Assembly (NCBI GenBank): GCA_963805065.1
Contig: CAWDSS010000010.1
Span: forward strand, 19,696-83,695
Length of the DNA: 64,000 nucleotides
Direction of reading: 5' to 3'
Source of the DNA: Candidatus Omnitrophota bacterium
GTDB taxonomy: Bacteria > Omnitrophota > Gorgyraeia > Gygaellales > Profunditerraquicolaceae
Shown piece by piece: positions 55,097 through 64,000 of this stretch. Positions within the stretch are counted from its first letter, which is position 1. Each line of letters opens with the position of its first letter. Both the position numbers and the translations under genes were made by a program. The notes beneath the pieces were generated by a model, which was not told the origin of the DNA, made no database searches, and saw only the letters and a list, made by a program, of their open reading frames with translations.

Positions 55097-56286
55097 GACT
55101 TTGAGTACCAGGGCGGGAAAAATGGTTGATAGCGCCAATAAAGATTGGTAAAGCGACAATCTGTAAGACTACTGAAAAGATAATTAGGACAGTTATTGAT
55201 TTGACATAGAGAATTCCCATAATAGCGCTACCTAAAAACCAGGCAATCCCGAAATCCGGTATCAAATACGCCGAATGCCGTGCTTCTTTTATCTTGAGAA
55301 ATCATATTAGCTAGCGTTGCTTTAAGAAGAGATTCTTGCGCGCCCAGGCCGATACCCCAGAGAATCATACCGATAATAATCAAAAGGAATTTACCCCAGA
55401 AGACAAACGGAGCAAAAAATGCTCCCAGGAAAAAGCGCAAAAAGCATTACCTTAGAGCCTGTCCTATCCAATAACCGGCCAAAAATATAGAGAACTAATC
55501 CCCCCTACTGCCATAGCTAGCGCATAAAGAATCGGAATCCAATGCATGGGAACATTATTTGTTTTATCAAAATGAAATGCGATTAAAGCAAAATCCGCGA
55601 ATCCCGCCGCAATCAAAGCACCGCCCAATAGATACAGCCAATAAGCATTTGAAAAACCCCTAGCTTCTAAAACTCTGGCTTCTTTTTTATCCAAATCCTG
55701 CGGCTTGGGGAAAAATAATCTGGCAGCTATAAGCATAGCTAAACACAATAATGCAGATATCAAAAGTATAGCCGTATCCGTATTTATAGCTATTTTTTAC
55801 AAATAACACCCAGGCTACAATCAAAGGCCCGATCGTCGCGCCGAATTGATCCAGAAATTCATTAAGCCCGAATACCCAGCCGGAGCCCATTTCTTTACCG
55901 GCAAAGGAAAGCATGGTTTCTACAGCGGGCTTTCCTATAGCTCTTCCTGTCCGCTCGGCAATTATCAACACGCAAGCCACCGGCCAATTGCCTGCTAATG
56001 CCAAGGCAGGCACGGCAAGCATATTAATTGCATAACCCACAAAGGCAAAAATCCAGTATTTATGGGTTTTGTCTGCGAAAAAACCCGCTACGGAACGTAA
56101 TGCATAACCGATTAATTCACCAAAACCAGCTATAAATCCTACTGTAACTGCGCTGGCTCCTAAACTGGATAAAAATGCTCCATTAATACTTCTTCCTCCT
56201 TCATAGGTAAAATCCGCAAATAAATTTACAATACCTATGATCAGCACAAATCCAAATGCAAGCTGAGTGGTGTTTTTTTTATTCAT
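55089..56286 (-). pseudogene. MFS transporter, multiply frameshifted
   Basis: Fragments 55687-56286, 55464-55763 and 55228-55440, plus an unlisted C-terminal frame ending at TAG 55089-55091, are collinear pieces of one 12-TM MFS protein. Confidence 0.7.
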
Positions 56287-56315
56287 AATTTCTTAGATAT
56301 AAATTTTGCGCGTAT

Positions 56316-56552
56316 TTAACATAGCTCTAATTTATCGGCTCTGCTTAGACTTTTTATCTGAGCTTCACGCTTGAGAGCCAAAGACTTCGACCTGACTTTT
56401 TCGCTATGTACTAATTCAACTGGGGCGCGGTACTTTGTGAACCTGCAACCATTTCCGCTATTGTGGGCTTTGATGCGGCGTTCTAAATCGTTGGTTATGC
56501 CTGTGTAGAGTGTGTCGTCTTTACATTTAATGACGTAGACGTGCCAGGCCAT
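56316..56552 (-). CDS. GIY-YIG nuclease-family small protein
   Basis: WHVYVIKCKDDTLYTGITNDLERRIKAHN is a canonical GIY-YIG core. I prefer the ATG at 56552, which avoids overlap with secDF. Confidence 0.8.
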   Translation of the reverse strand: MAWHVYVIKCKDDTLYTGITNDLERRIKAHNSGNGCRFTKYRAPVELVHSEKVRSKSLALKREAQIKSLSRADKLELC

Positions 56553-56565
56553 GGTAATGGACCAG

Positions 56566-58773
56566 TTATTTTTGCATCGGTCGCTTGCCTGACCAGGCAA
56601 GCGCTAATGGTGAAGCGATAAAAACGGTCGAATACGCTCCGCAGAAGAATCCTATCAATAATGCAAAAGAGAAATTACTCAACACTTCTCCTCCGTACAA
56701 AAATATTGCCAGGACTGTAAGAAGCGTAACTCCCGTGGTTATAATCGTCCTGCTCAATGTCTGATTCACGCTTAGATTAATCAGCTCCTTCAGCCCGAGC
56801 TTTCTGTTGAGGCGCGCGTTTTCTCTGACGCGGTCATAGACCACTATTGTATCACTTATAGAATAACCGGCTATTGTCAAGAAGGCAGTAACGCTCAAGA
56901 GATCAATCTGCCTGCCGGTAAGGCTCAAGAATCCCAAGGCAACCAACACATCATGCAAAAGTGCGATTACGCCTGCCAGCGCAAACTCAAAGTGTTTAAA
57001 CCGAAAAGCGATGTAAATCAGTATACCCACCATAGACCAGAGTATTGCTAAAAACGCCTTCTGCTTTAGGTGCTGGCCAGCTATCGGACCGACGTGCTCA
57101 ATTTTAAGCACCTGGATATCTTCATTGGGATAAATTTCTTTCAACTTTGCGGTAAGCAGCTTGTTTTCATTCTGCGTAGTCCTTATCAATATGACGCGCG
57201 GATTCTCCTTGAATTGCTGAATTGTAGCTTCTCCCAGATTAAGATCCTTAATCGCCTCTCGTATTGTGTCTATTTTAGGGGGTGTCTTAAAGCTGTATTC
57301 CTGGAGTTGTCCGCCGGAGAAATCAATACCATATGCCTTGTGCCCTTTCATAACAAATGAGGTAAGCCCGACAATTGTCACAAGTAGAGAAATTGCGTAA
57401 AAAATTCTCCTCTTGCTGATAAAGTCTATTTTTGTTTCTCTCAACAGATGTAACATGGGTAATGACTTTATAATACCCGCGTTCAGGAGAAGCTCCAGTA
57501 TCACGTGGGTCACGATAATAGAAGTAAAAAGGCTGGCGATAATACCGATTGTGAGCGTTACTGCAAAACCCCTGATAGGGCCGGTGCCAAACTGAAACAG
57601 CAGGAATGCCGCAATCAAATTGGTCAAATGCGAATCAAAGATAGCCGTAAAAGCCCTGTCATAACCCAGCTTAATTGCAGTGCGCAGCACTTTACCGGAA
57701 TGGATCTCCTCACGGATACGTTCGTTAATAAGTACATTGGCGTCAACTGCCATACCAAGCGAGAGGGCAATACCGGCTATACCCGGCAAGGTGAGCGTCG
57801 CAGATATACCGGGAAATATATAAGGCAGTAATCCCAACCCGCCTGTGATCATAAACAGATTAAGTAATAATGCGATGTTTGCGATAATGCCGGAAAGAAG
57901 ATAGTAAACTGCCATAAAAATAAATACGAAAGCCAAACCGATAATGCTGGCCTTTACACCTTTATTAATTGAATCCTGCCCTAAAAGAGGCCCGACTGTT
58001 CTTTGCTCTTCTATGTGCATAGGAGCGGGTAACGTCCCCACGCGTAACACTAACGCAAGATCCTGCGCCTGGTCAATGTTGAAGTGTCCGGAAATCATCG
58101 CCTCGCCCGAAGGGATCGCCTCTCTGATGTTGGGGGCAGATTGCACTTTTCCGTCTAGGACAATAGCTAGCCTTCTTCCTACGTTTGCCGCAGTGACTTC
58201 AGCAAATTTCTTCGCTCCCTCCGCATTAAATTTTAGGCTCACTACAGGCTCATTAAACTCGGCCTGGCTAAAATGCATCTGCGCATCGGTTAAGGCATTG
58301 CCTGTCAAAACTGCATCTTTCTCTAAAAGCAGGGGTTCATTATCCTCCTGGGAGTATTTTAATTCGTAACCTTCGGGAACTTTGCCGCCTATGGCCTCTT
58401 TAATCTTATCCCTATCCGAACTAACAAGCTTAAATTCTAACATTGCGGTTTTTCCAATGATATCAATTGCGCGTTCAGGGTCGGTTATGCCGGGCAACTG
58501 CACAACAATCTCATCAAGCCCCTGTTTTTGCATAGAAGGTTCGCGCACGCCAAAGGCGTCAATACGGTTACGGATTACTTCCAGCGCACGGTCGCAGGCA
58601 TCAGGCCTGTCTTTTTCCGGAAGCGTACTTGTATCCACCTTAAGCAAAAGATACATCCCGCCCTTTAGGTCCAGGCCGAGGTTAATCCTTTTCTCAAGCG
58701 GAAAAGTAAAGAAAACACTCACTCCGATAACCGCAAGAATCAAAATTATTTTGTATAAAAGCTTATTTTCCAT
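56566..58773 (-). CDS. secDF: protein translocase subunit SecDF (fused)
   Basis: 735 aa. SecD periplasmic domain plus 6 TMs, then the SecF half (GIDFSGG, LHDVLVALGF). Confidence 0.9.
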   Translation of the reverse strand: MENKLLYKIILILAVIGVSVFFTFPLEKRINLGLDLKGGMYLLLKVDTSTLPEKDRPDACDRALEVIRNRIDAFGVREPSMQKQGLDEIVVQLPGITDPERAIDIIGKTAMLEFKLVSSDRDKIKEAIGGKVPEGYELKYSQEDNEPLLLEKDAVLTGNALTDAQMHFSQAEFNEPVVSLKFNAEGAKKFAEVTAANVGRRLAIVLDGKVQSAPNIREAIPSGEAMISGHFNIDQAQDLALVLRVGTLPAPMHIEEQRTVGPLLGQDSINKGVKASIIGLAFVFIFMAVYYLLSGIIANIALLLNLFMITGGLGLLPYIFPGISATLTLPGIAGIALSLGMAVDANVLINERIREEIHSGKVLRTAIKLGYDRAFTAIFDSHLTNLIAAFLLFQFGTGPIRGFAVTLTIGIIASLFTSIIVTHVILELLLNAGIIKSLPMLHLLRETKIDFISKRRIFYAISLLVTIVGLTSFVMKGHKAYGIDFSGGQLQEYSFKTPPKIDTIREAIKDLNLGEATIQQFKENPRVILIRTTQNENKLLTAKLKEIYPNEDIQVLKIEHVGPIAGQHLKQKAFLAILWSMVGILIYIAFRFKHFEFALAGVIALLHDVLVALGFLSLTGRQIDLLSVTAFLTIAGYSISDTIVVYDRVRENARLNRKLGLKELINLSVNQTLSRTIITTGVTLLTVLAIFLYGGEVLSNFSFALLIGFFCGAYSTVFIASPLALAWSGKRPMQK

Positions 58774-58936
58774 GTTTCTATTCTCCTGTTATTTTAAGAT
58801 AGATTTCTCACAATTTAATGTTATCAATTATATACGCAATACCTTAATATATCAAGTGTTTTTGGCTTTAGAGAATCTGTTCAGTGCTCATTTTTTTATT
58901 TCACAAATTAAATTTTTCTAGTAAAATATATGGAAC

Positions 58937-60532
58937 ATGAAAAGACTTTCACGCCAATTGTTCCGCCTTAAAGACCTGAATATGATTTTAGCCGAAAGCC
59001 ATGAACCCGGGCACAGGCTAAAGAAGGTCCTGGGGCCCTTTGAGCTTATCCTCCTCGGTATCGGTGTTATCATCGGTGCAGGAATCTTCGCCACAGTCGG
59101 AACAGCTGCAGCCGGAGATGCACTGCGTCCGGGAGCCGGGCCTGCCCTGATAATTTCTTTTGCCATCACCGCGGTTGCCTGTTGTTTCGCCGCACTCTGC
59201 TACGCCGAATTTGCCTCGCTTGTCCCGATATCCGGCAGCGCTTATACCTATTCTTATGCTTCATTCGGAGAATTGGTTGCCTGGATTATCGGCTGGGATC
59301 TGATGCTTGAGTATTGCGTGGGAAGCATCGCGGTTGCCATCAGCTGGTCAGGATATTTCACAGCATTATTGCATGGCTTCGGAATAACCCTGCCCCCATG
59401 GGCCACTATCGACTACCGTTCGGCAATGCATGGTTTTCACAAAGCTACTGCGCTTCTTAATTCCGGGACTAACTTTGATAAACTGCAACCAGTGCTGCAG
59501 AATGCCTGGAATGCGGTTAATAGCGCGCCGCATATCTTTGGCTTACCTATTATCTGCAATATTCCTGCCTGTCTTATCGTCCTGCTTTTAACCATGATTC
59601 TGGTAACCGGCATAAAGCAAAGTTCCCGGTTTAATATCGCCATGGTCACCGTGAAGCTTCTGGTGCTGGGTTTCTTTGTGGCACTCGGCTCTTTCTACGT
59701 AAAACCGCAGAACTGGGTTCCTTTTGCGCCCAACGGGTTTGCCGGAATTAAAGCAGGCGCTGCTATTGCCTTCTTTGCCTATATCGGATTTGACTGCGTT
59801 TCTACCGTTGCCGAAGAAACGCGCAATCCCAAACGCGATATGCCTATCGGAATCATAGGCTCACTGGTTATCTGCACAATTATTTATATGCTGGTGGCCG
59901 CGGTCTTTACCGGTATCGTCCCCTTTTCGCTGTTAAAAACATCCCTTGCTCATGAAAAGGCTGAGCCATTGACCTTAGCCATGCAGCATATTAATCTTCC
60001 CTGGGCTGCGGTTATCGTGGCCTTCGGCTCTATTGTGGCCCACATCGCAGTACTCCTGGTCTTGATACTCGGGCAATCCAGAATCTTCTTTTCCATGGCC
60101 CGCGACGGCCTTCTCCCGAAAGTTTTCGCCCGCGTGCATGAAAAATTCAAAACACCTCATGTTACGACAATTGTCGTGGGCATAATTATTGCTTCTATCG
60201 CCGCCTTCACCAATATCGATGAAATGGTTGACCTGACCAATATCGGCACTCTCTTTGCCTTTGTCCTGGTTTGTTTCGGCATTATAATCCTGCGTATTAA
60301 AGAACCTTTGAGGCACCGCACCTTCAAAGTCCCGTTTAACCCGATCATTCCGCTTCTGGGTGTAGCAAGCTGCGTATTTCTGATGACGGGGCTCCCCGGT
60401 ATCACTTGGATAAGATTTGTCGTCTGGTTGATCGTTGGGCTGATTGTTTATTTCACCTACAGCTTCGAACACAGTTTACTGCATCATAAAGCACACCCGG
60501 CGCCTCCTCACTCCGGGCATACTAACCAATAA
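58937..60532 (+). CDS. APC-superfamily (cationic) amino acid permease; the only plus-strand gene
   Basis: GAGIFATVGTAAA, YAEFASLVPISGSAYTYSY and about 14 TMs. Confidence 0.9.
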   Translation: MKRLSRQLFRLKDLNMILAESHEPGHRLKKVLGPFELILLGIGVIIGAGIFATVGTAAAGDALRPGAGPALIISFAITAVACCFAALCYAEFASLVPISGSAYTYSYASFGELVAWIIGWDLMLEYCVGSIAVAISWSGYFTALLHGFGITLPPWATIDYRSAMHGFHKATALLNSGTNFDKLQPVLQNAWNAVNSAPHIFGLPIICNIPACLIVLLLTMILVTGIKQSSRFNIAMVTVKLLVLGFFVALGSFYVKPQNWVPFAPNGFAGIKAGAAIAFFAYIGFDCVSTVAEETRNPKRDMPIGIIGSLVICTIIYMLVAAVFTGIVPFSLLKTSLAHEKAEPLTLAMQHINLPWAAVIVAFGSIVAHIAVLLVLILGQSRIFFSMARDGLLPKVFARVHEKFKTPHVTTIVVGIIIASIAAFTNIDEMVDLTNIGTLFAFVLVCFGIIILRIKEPLRHRTFKVPFNPIIPLLGVASCVFLMTGLPGITWIRFVVWLIVGLIVYFTYSFEHSLLHHKAHPAPPHSGHTNQ

Positions 60533-60533
60533 A

Positions 60534-60566
60534 ATAGCGCTGATCCTAGTTAAGAATCAGCGCTAT
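60534..60566. terminator. 11-bp perfect hairpin between convergent genes
   Basis: ATAGCGCTGAT (60534-60544) and ATCAGCGCTAT (60556-60566). A-run before the stem, i.e. a T-run on the minus strand. Confidence 0.5.
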
Positions 60567-60609
60567 AATCACTAAACTTCTCTCTCCTTGAGAGAAAAAG
60601 AAAATCTTA

Positions 60610-60972
60610 TTACTGCGGACCAGCTGGCGTCGTTTGCGGTTGTTGCTGCGCCTTGCGTTGCTGCCGCTCTTCCTGACGATGTTCCCGGCCTTCTTCGCGT
60701 AAATGTCCAAGCTTCTCACGATCAACGCGTATTTTCTCGCGTATCGAACGTAGTTGCTCTTTTAAGGGTTTAGCTTGAGCTTGAAGCTGCTGAAGTTGCG
60801 AGCGTATCTGCTCAGCCTGCTGACGCAATGACTGAATTTCCTGCCGAATCTGGCTGCCTTCACCTTGAACTTGAGGACCACCGCCTGGAGCTGGTGATTG
60901 AGCATTGGCTTTCAGGGTTAAAATTGAAACCATGAATAAACCTAACAACATAACCCCTAATTTCTTTAACAT
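60610..60972 (-). CDS. secreted Gln/Arg-rich coiled-coil protein
   Basis: Signal peptide LGVMLLGLFMVSILTLKANA, then heptad-like QIRQEIQSLRQQAEQIRSQLQQLQAQ. Confidence 0.5.
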   Translation of the reverse strand: MLKKLGVMLLGLFMVSILTLKANAQSPAPGGGPQVQGEGSQIRQEIQSLRQQAEQIRSQLQQLQAQAKPLKEQLRSIREKIRVDREKLGHLREEGREHRQEERQQRKAQQQPQTTPAGPQ

Positions 60973-61004
60973 GTTTCCTCCTTTCTTATATATTATTGGT
61001 TATC

Positions 61005-61553
61005 TTACTCGCCATACAAAACTCTTAACTGCTTAACGGTCGGATGCCCTTCGTAATATTCCCCTTGCGGGCCTATGTAGCCAGTTTTATGTTTAGTTAA
61101 TGTAACCGACGTATATCCGCCGCTTGCATTGGGAATGTTTATCAGTACCGCTTCACCGGATGGCGCGTTAGGCTGTGTAACAACAGGTGCAGTTACAACA
61201 GCAGTAGCAGCAGGCGCTGCCACAACAGTAGTAGTTGCCGGTGTCGGAACAACGACATAGCCGGTAGGACATGGCCTATAGTAGATATTGTCATAATAGT
61301 AATACGGGGCACCGCTTACATAAACGCTCTCATAGTATGGCGGAAGCGTTGCAACTATTGTGCCGATTGCAAGCCCGGTTGCAAAACTGCCCCAAAACCA
61401 TCCGTTATTATACCAATGGCCACCGCGATAGTAGTAATGGCCATGACCGCCGTGGCCTCCCCAGGCAAATGCATTCGATGAACAAGATACTGTAAATGCC
61501 AAAAGAAGAACTACAACTACTAAAACCTTATTTTTTAGTATTTGTTTTGTCAT
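61005..61553 (-). CDS. secreted Tyr-rich hypothetical protein (paralog of 30568-31110)
   Basis: GAPYYYYDNIYYRPCPTGYVVV and GYIGPQGEYYEGHPTVKQLRVLY. I prefer the ATG at 61553, preceded by AAGGAGGA. Confidence 0.5.
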   Translation of the reverse strand: MTKQILKNKVLVVVVLLLAFTVSCSSNAFAWGGHGGHGHYYYRGGHWYNNGWFWGSFATGLAIGTIVATLPPYYESVYVSGAPYYYYDNIYYRPCPTGYVVVPTPATTTVVAAPAATAVVTAPVVTQPNAPSGEAVLINIPNASGGYTSVTLTKHKTGYIGPQGEYYEGHPTVKQLRVLYGE

Positions 61554-61672
61554 GAATATCCTCCTTTCTATTCTCTTCTCCTGCCACAAATTAACTTGAT
61601 TAAATATGGCTATTCTTCCTGTTTTCATTATATTAGACAACGTAACTTAAGAAAAAGTTTCAAAAAAAACTA

Positions 61673-62329
61673 TTAGTAAATAGGATATCCTACTGTCTGC
61701 GCCAAGATTATTTTTTGGTCAGGCCGTAATTTCATAGCTTTCGCCAAAACCGGCTTATCAATCGATCCACGCACAACAGTTGCCAACCCTGCGCAAGCAC
61801 AGTATAAATAGACATTTTCACTGATGAATCCCGTATCAGCACTTGCATAAAAGTCTGCATCGCTGCCTGACGTTTTGCCCATTTTCGAAAGATCCGCCAC
61901 ATAGATAAGATTTACAGGAGCATCTTTGACAAATGGTTGCTTACCTGTTAAGGCTCTTATATCATCTCCTGCAACCGGCATCAACATATTTTGCTTAGCA
62001 TCAAATAAATAAAGGCCGTCTGCTTTGGCAACATAAATATCAATTTCCTGCATATCCTTTGCAGAAGGGGCAGTCCTGTGGCCTGAATCCGGCCGGTTTA
62101 TCCCATTTGCAGCCCAAAGTAGATCAGAAATTACTTGCAAAGGTAGTTCTTTAGAACTAAACTCACGCAGGCTTTTTCTTTCCTTTAATGCCTGCATCAA
62201 AGACTTACCGCCTTCTAATTGTGGAGCCAAAAGCTTAATCGGTTTAATATCCTGTGAATAAATTAATAGCGGGCAACCTAACAAAAATGCCGATATAAAA
62301 TAAATGGCCAATATTGGTTTTATTTTCAT
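61673..62329 (-). CDS. nitroreductase-family (SagB-like) protein with signal/lipoprotein peptide
   Basis: ERKSLREFSSKELPLQVISDLLWAANGINRP is typical of the SagB/ThcOx-type nitroreductase fold. N-terminal LLGC lipobox. Confidence 0.75.
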   Translation of the reverse strand: MKIKPILAIYFISAFLLGCPLLIYSQDIKPIKLLAPQLEGGKSLMQALKERKSLREFSSKELPLQVISDLLWAANGINRPDSGHRTAPSAKDMQEIDIYVAKADGLYLFDAKQNMLMPVAGDDIRALTGKQPFVKDAPVNLIYVADLSKMGKTSGSDADFYASADTGFISENVYLYCACAGLATVVRGSIDKPVLAKAMKLRPDQKIILAQTVGYPIY

Positions 62330-62465
62330 AGGAATCGCTCCTTTCTTAATCAGTAAAACTTTTTGCTGTGGTTGTATCAGGCTATCATCTAAGTACGCTG
62401 CAATTTTTCTAATTATAGCACTAGTAAATAAGAATGCAACTTACTGTTTAGGGAGCATCTCCTTC

Positions 62466-62506
62466 TAAAAATAGAACGGCAGGCCTAAACTTGCCTGCCG
62501 TTCTAT
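62466..62506 (-). terminator. rho-independent terminator
   Basis: 14-bp perfect arms ATAGAACGGCAGGC and GCCTGCCGTTCTAT. The minus strand continues TTTTTAG. Confidence 0.65.
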
Positions 62507-62525
62507 TATATACGCCTATCTATTA

Positions 62526-62969
62526 TTATTTAGTCACGCCTTGCCCTGGCTTAGGCTCTCCAGTCTTGTGCTTTGCTACTGTCATTTCCTCTAAGCTCTT
62601 TGCTAAATCCGGATGTGACTGCTGCAGCGCTGCCGCTGCGTCTTTAAAAAGCTGTACTCTTGCCTCATGCTTTGCTTTCCATTCAGCCGAGTCTTTTGCT
62701 ACTTTCTCTTTACTGCCTTCCACCTTTTCCTTTGATGCATTCGTTTCTTCATTCGCAAGGTCGCTCAATTTTTTTGCTAAATCAGGATTTGTCTGCGCAA
62801 GTGCTGTTGCAGAATCCTGTAGAACCTTCATTTTAGCTTCAAACTTTGCTTTCCGTGCTGACGAATCTTTTCCTGCTGCTGGTGCCATTTGTGCAAATGA
62901 TGCGCTTGAAAGAAAAACAATCATCCCAGCCATTACTAACCCGAAAAACACATTTCTTGCTAATTTCAT
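62526..62969 (-). CDS. secreted helical protein with an internal duplication
   Basis: Signal peptide and strong Shine-Dalgarno (AAGGAGGAAGG). Repeats DSSARKAKFEAKMKVLQDSATALAQTNPDLAKKL and DSAEWKAKHEARVQLFKDAAAALQQSHPDLAKSL. Confidence 0.55.
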   Translation of the reverse strand: MKLARNVFFGLVMAGMIVFLSSASFAQMAPAAGKDSSARKAKFEAKMKVLQDSATALAQTNPDLAKKLSDLANEETNASKEKVEGSKEKVAKDSAEWKAKHEARVQLFKDAAAALQQSHPDLAKSLEEMTVAKHKTGEPKPGQGVTK

Positions 62970-62994
62970 ACCTTCCTCCTTTCATTAGAAAATT

Positions 62995-63324
62995 TTATTT
63001 TTCTTTTCCCAGGCTATCCAATACTTTTTCTGTCCTTTGTAATTTATGGCGTAACATTTCGGCAATAGGTCTTAAAACTTTAAATACGTCGCGGCTCTCG
63101 ATATCATAAAAGATAATTGTGCCTACTTGCCGGGATTTCAACACTCCTCCTTCTTTTAAAAGCAGCAAATGACGCGAAAGGCTGGATTGCGGAATGCCTA
63201 ACTTTTTCGCAATAGTACCTACTTTTTGCTCGCCATTCTTTAAAAATTCTATGATCTGGAGGCGCAAAGGATGCGCCAGCTCCTTTAGAAAATCCGCTTT
63301 GATCTTATACGCCAACTCTTCCAT
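62995..63324 (-). CDS. ArsR/SmtB-family transcriptional regulator
   Basis: LAHPLRLQIIEFLKNGEQKVGTIAKKLGIPQSSLSRHLLLLKEGGVL is a winged HTH. Confidence 0.85.
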   Translation of the reverse strand: MEELAYKIKADFLKELAHPLRLQIIEFLKNGEQKVGTIAKKLGIPQSSLSRHLLLLKEGGVLKSRQVGTIIFYDIESRDVFKVLRPIAEMLRHKLQRTEKVLDSLGKEK

Positions 63325-63350
63325 ATTTTCTAATAAGATTTTCTAATAAG

Positions 63351-63842
63351 CTACTTAGTTTCCTGCTTTAAATACTGTAAAAGCAAATCTTTTGTCTTTG
63401 ACCCGACTTTGCCATCTGCTTTTAAGCCATTTGCCTTCTGGAATTCTCTTATTGCCTTCTTGGCCTTTTTGCCTATTTTCCCATTAATCGGCCCATTATA
63501 GAAACCGGCATTCTTTAAAGCAAGCTGGATCTCCTTATGGGTTAAGAACTTCTTACCAGATTTATAGAGATATCCACCGTTTTTATCCAGGGTGCCTGTA
63601 ACAACTTCTGTTGATGAGCCGTGTGAAGTATTTTCTAGCTTTCCTTTCAAATATCCTTCCGACTCTCTGGACTCTCCTGTTTGTCCTTCAATAGCAGTTT
63701 GCCTCTGTTCAACAGAGTTAACCTTGCTTTCCAAAACATCCATCTTTGTTTCCAAGTTTTGCAGCCTCTTACCTGTAGCACAACCAGTGAGGATTAAAAC
63801 AAACGGGATAACTAAAAACCATCTCCATCTCACCTTTGCCAC
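63351..63842 (-). CDS. lipoprotein with C-terminal peptidoglycan-binding (PG_binding_1) domain
   Basis: Lipobox ILTGC. C-terminus ALKNAGFYNGPINGKIGKKAKKAIREFQKANGLKADGKVG. Confidence 0.75.
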   Translation of the reverse strand: MAKVRWRWFLVIPFVLILTGCATGKRLQNLETKMDVLESKVNSVEQRQTAIEGQTGESRESEGYLKGKLENTSHGSSTEVVTGTLDKNGGYLYKSGKKFLTHKEIQLALKNAGFYNGPINGKIGKKAKKAIREFQKANGLKADGKVGSKTKDLLLQYLKQETK

Positions 63843-64000
63843 CTCCTTAGTTAAACAAGATTTATCTTTTGCCTGTAAAATTATATTCCTATTTATTTCT
63901 ATATTTCTGAATATTCGGATGAAAGATTATTATACTATGTTAAAGATGATTGTCAAGGCTATTAATAATTTCAATGGTCTGCCGCAGGGGCTTCATTTTG

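Noticed and set aside
54866-55130. The GC-rich island as a known housekeeping RNA (tmRNA, RNase P RNA, SRP RNA or tRNA).
   Set aside because: I could not find a T-loop GGTTCGAnTCC, a CCA-adjacent acceptor stem, a tmRNA tag ORF, the RNase P GAGGAAAGTCC box or the SRP GGAA/AGCA motif on either strand. It is kept only as an unclassified candidate.
62491-62988. 165-aa plus-strand ORF that is longer than the overlapping minus-strand ORF 62526-62969.
   Set aside because: The minus-strand ORF has a strong Shine-Dalgarno sequence (AAGGAGGAAGG), a signal peptide, an internal protein repeat and a terminator. The plus ORF is Cys/Ser/Ala-rich low complexity with no ribosome-binding site.

Overview
This is a 64 kb, AT-rich bacterial chromosomal segment. 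About 70 protein genes lie on the minus strand and only one, an APC amino-acid permease, lies on the plus strand. I found no rRNA, tRNA, CRISPR array, integrase or transposase.

Gene content suggests an anaerobic, probably uncultivated lineage (inference): rubrerythrin, two desulforedoxin-like mini-proteins, a DUF362 Fe-S protein, B12-radical SAM and MsrBA. Intact housekeeping and stress genes include amt-glnK, secDF, thiM, two cold-shock genes, an ACR3 arsenite pump, a VIT1 iron transporter, TauE/DUF1634, DedA, a large Cache-HAMP-PAS histidine kinase, three receiver proteins and two ECF sigma/anti-sigma pairs.

Observations most worth a second look:
1. An ECF sigma, a soluble anti-sigma and a membrane CHAT-TPR protease form one operon at the left edge. 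The CHAT gene is missing from the ORF track because it runs off the window.
2. Four separate efflux systems (EmrB-type MFS, RND, YbhGFSR-like ABC, another MFS) carry many frameshifts, while all other genes are intact.
3. An XRE helix-turn-helix domain is fused in frame to a TolC-like protein. Upstream sit three copies of the palindrome TATTATAATA spaced exactly 28 bp apart.
4. There are three families of intergenic hairpin repeats. One copy is nested inside the loop of another and shows compensatory base changes.
5. An exact 15-mer occurs three times, twice at the same distance upstream of promoters of redox-related operons.
6. A 590 bp non-coding stretch upstream of amt holds a leader terminator, a promoter-terminator unit that may be a small RNA, and a GC-rich structured island.
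7. Several small ORFs under 60 aa are absent from the track: DUF2934, desulforedoxin-like, zinc-ribbon and others.

All calls rest on reading the sequence and on motif recognition. No database search was run.
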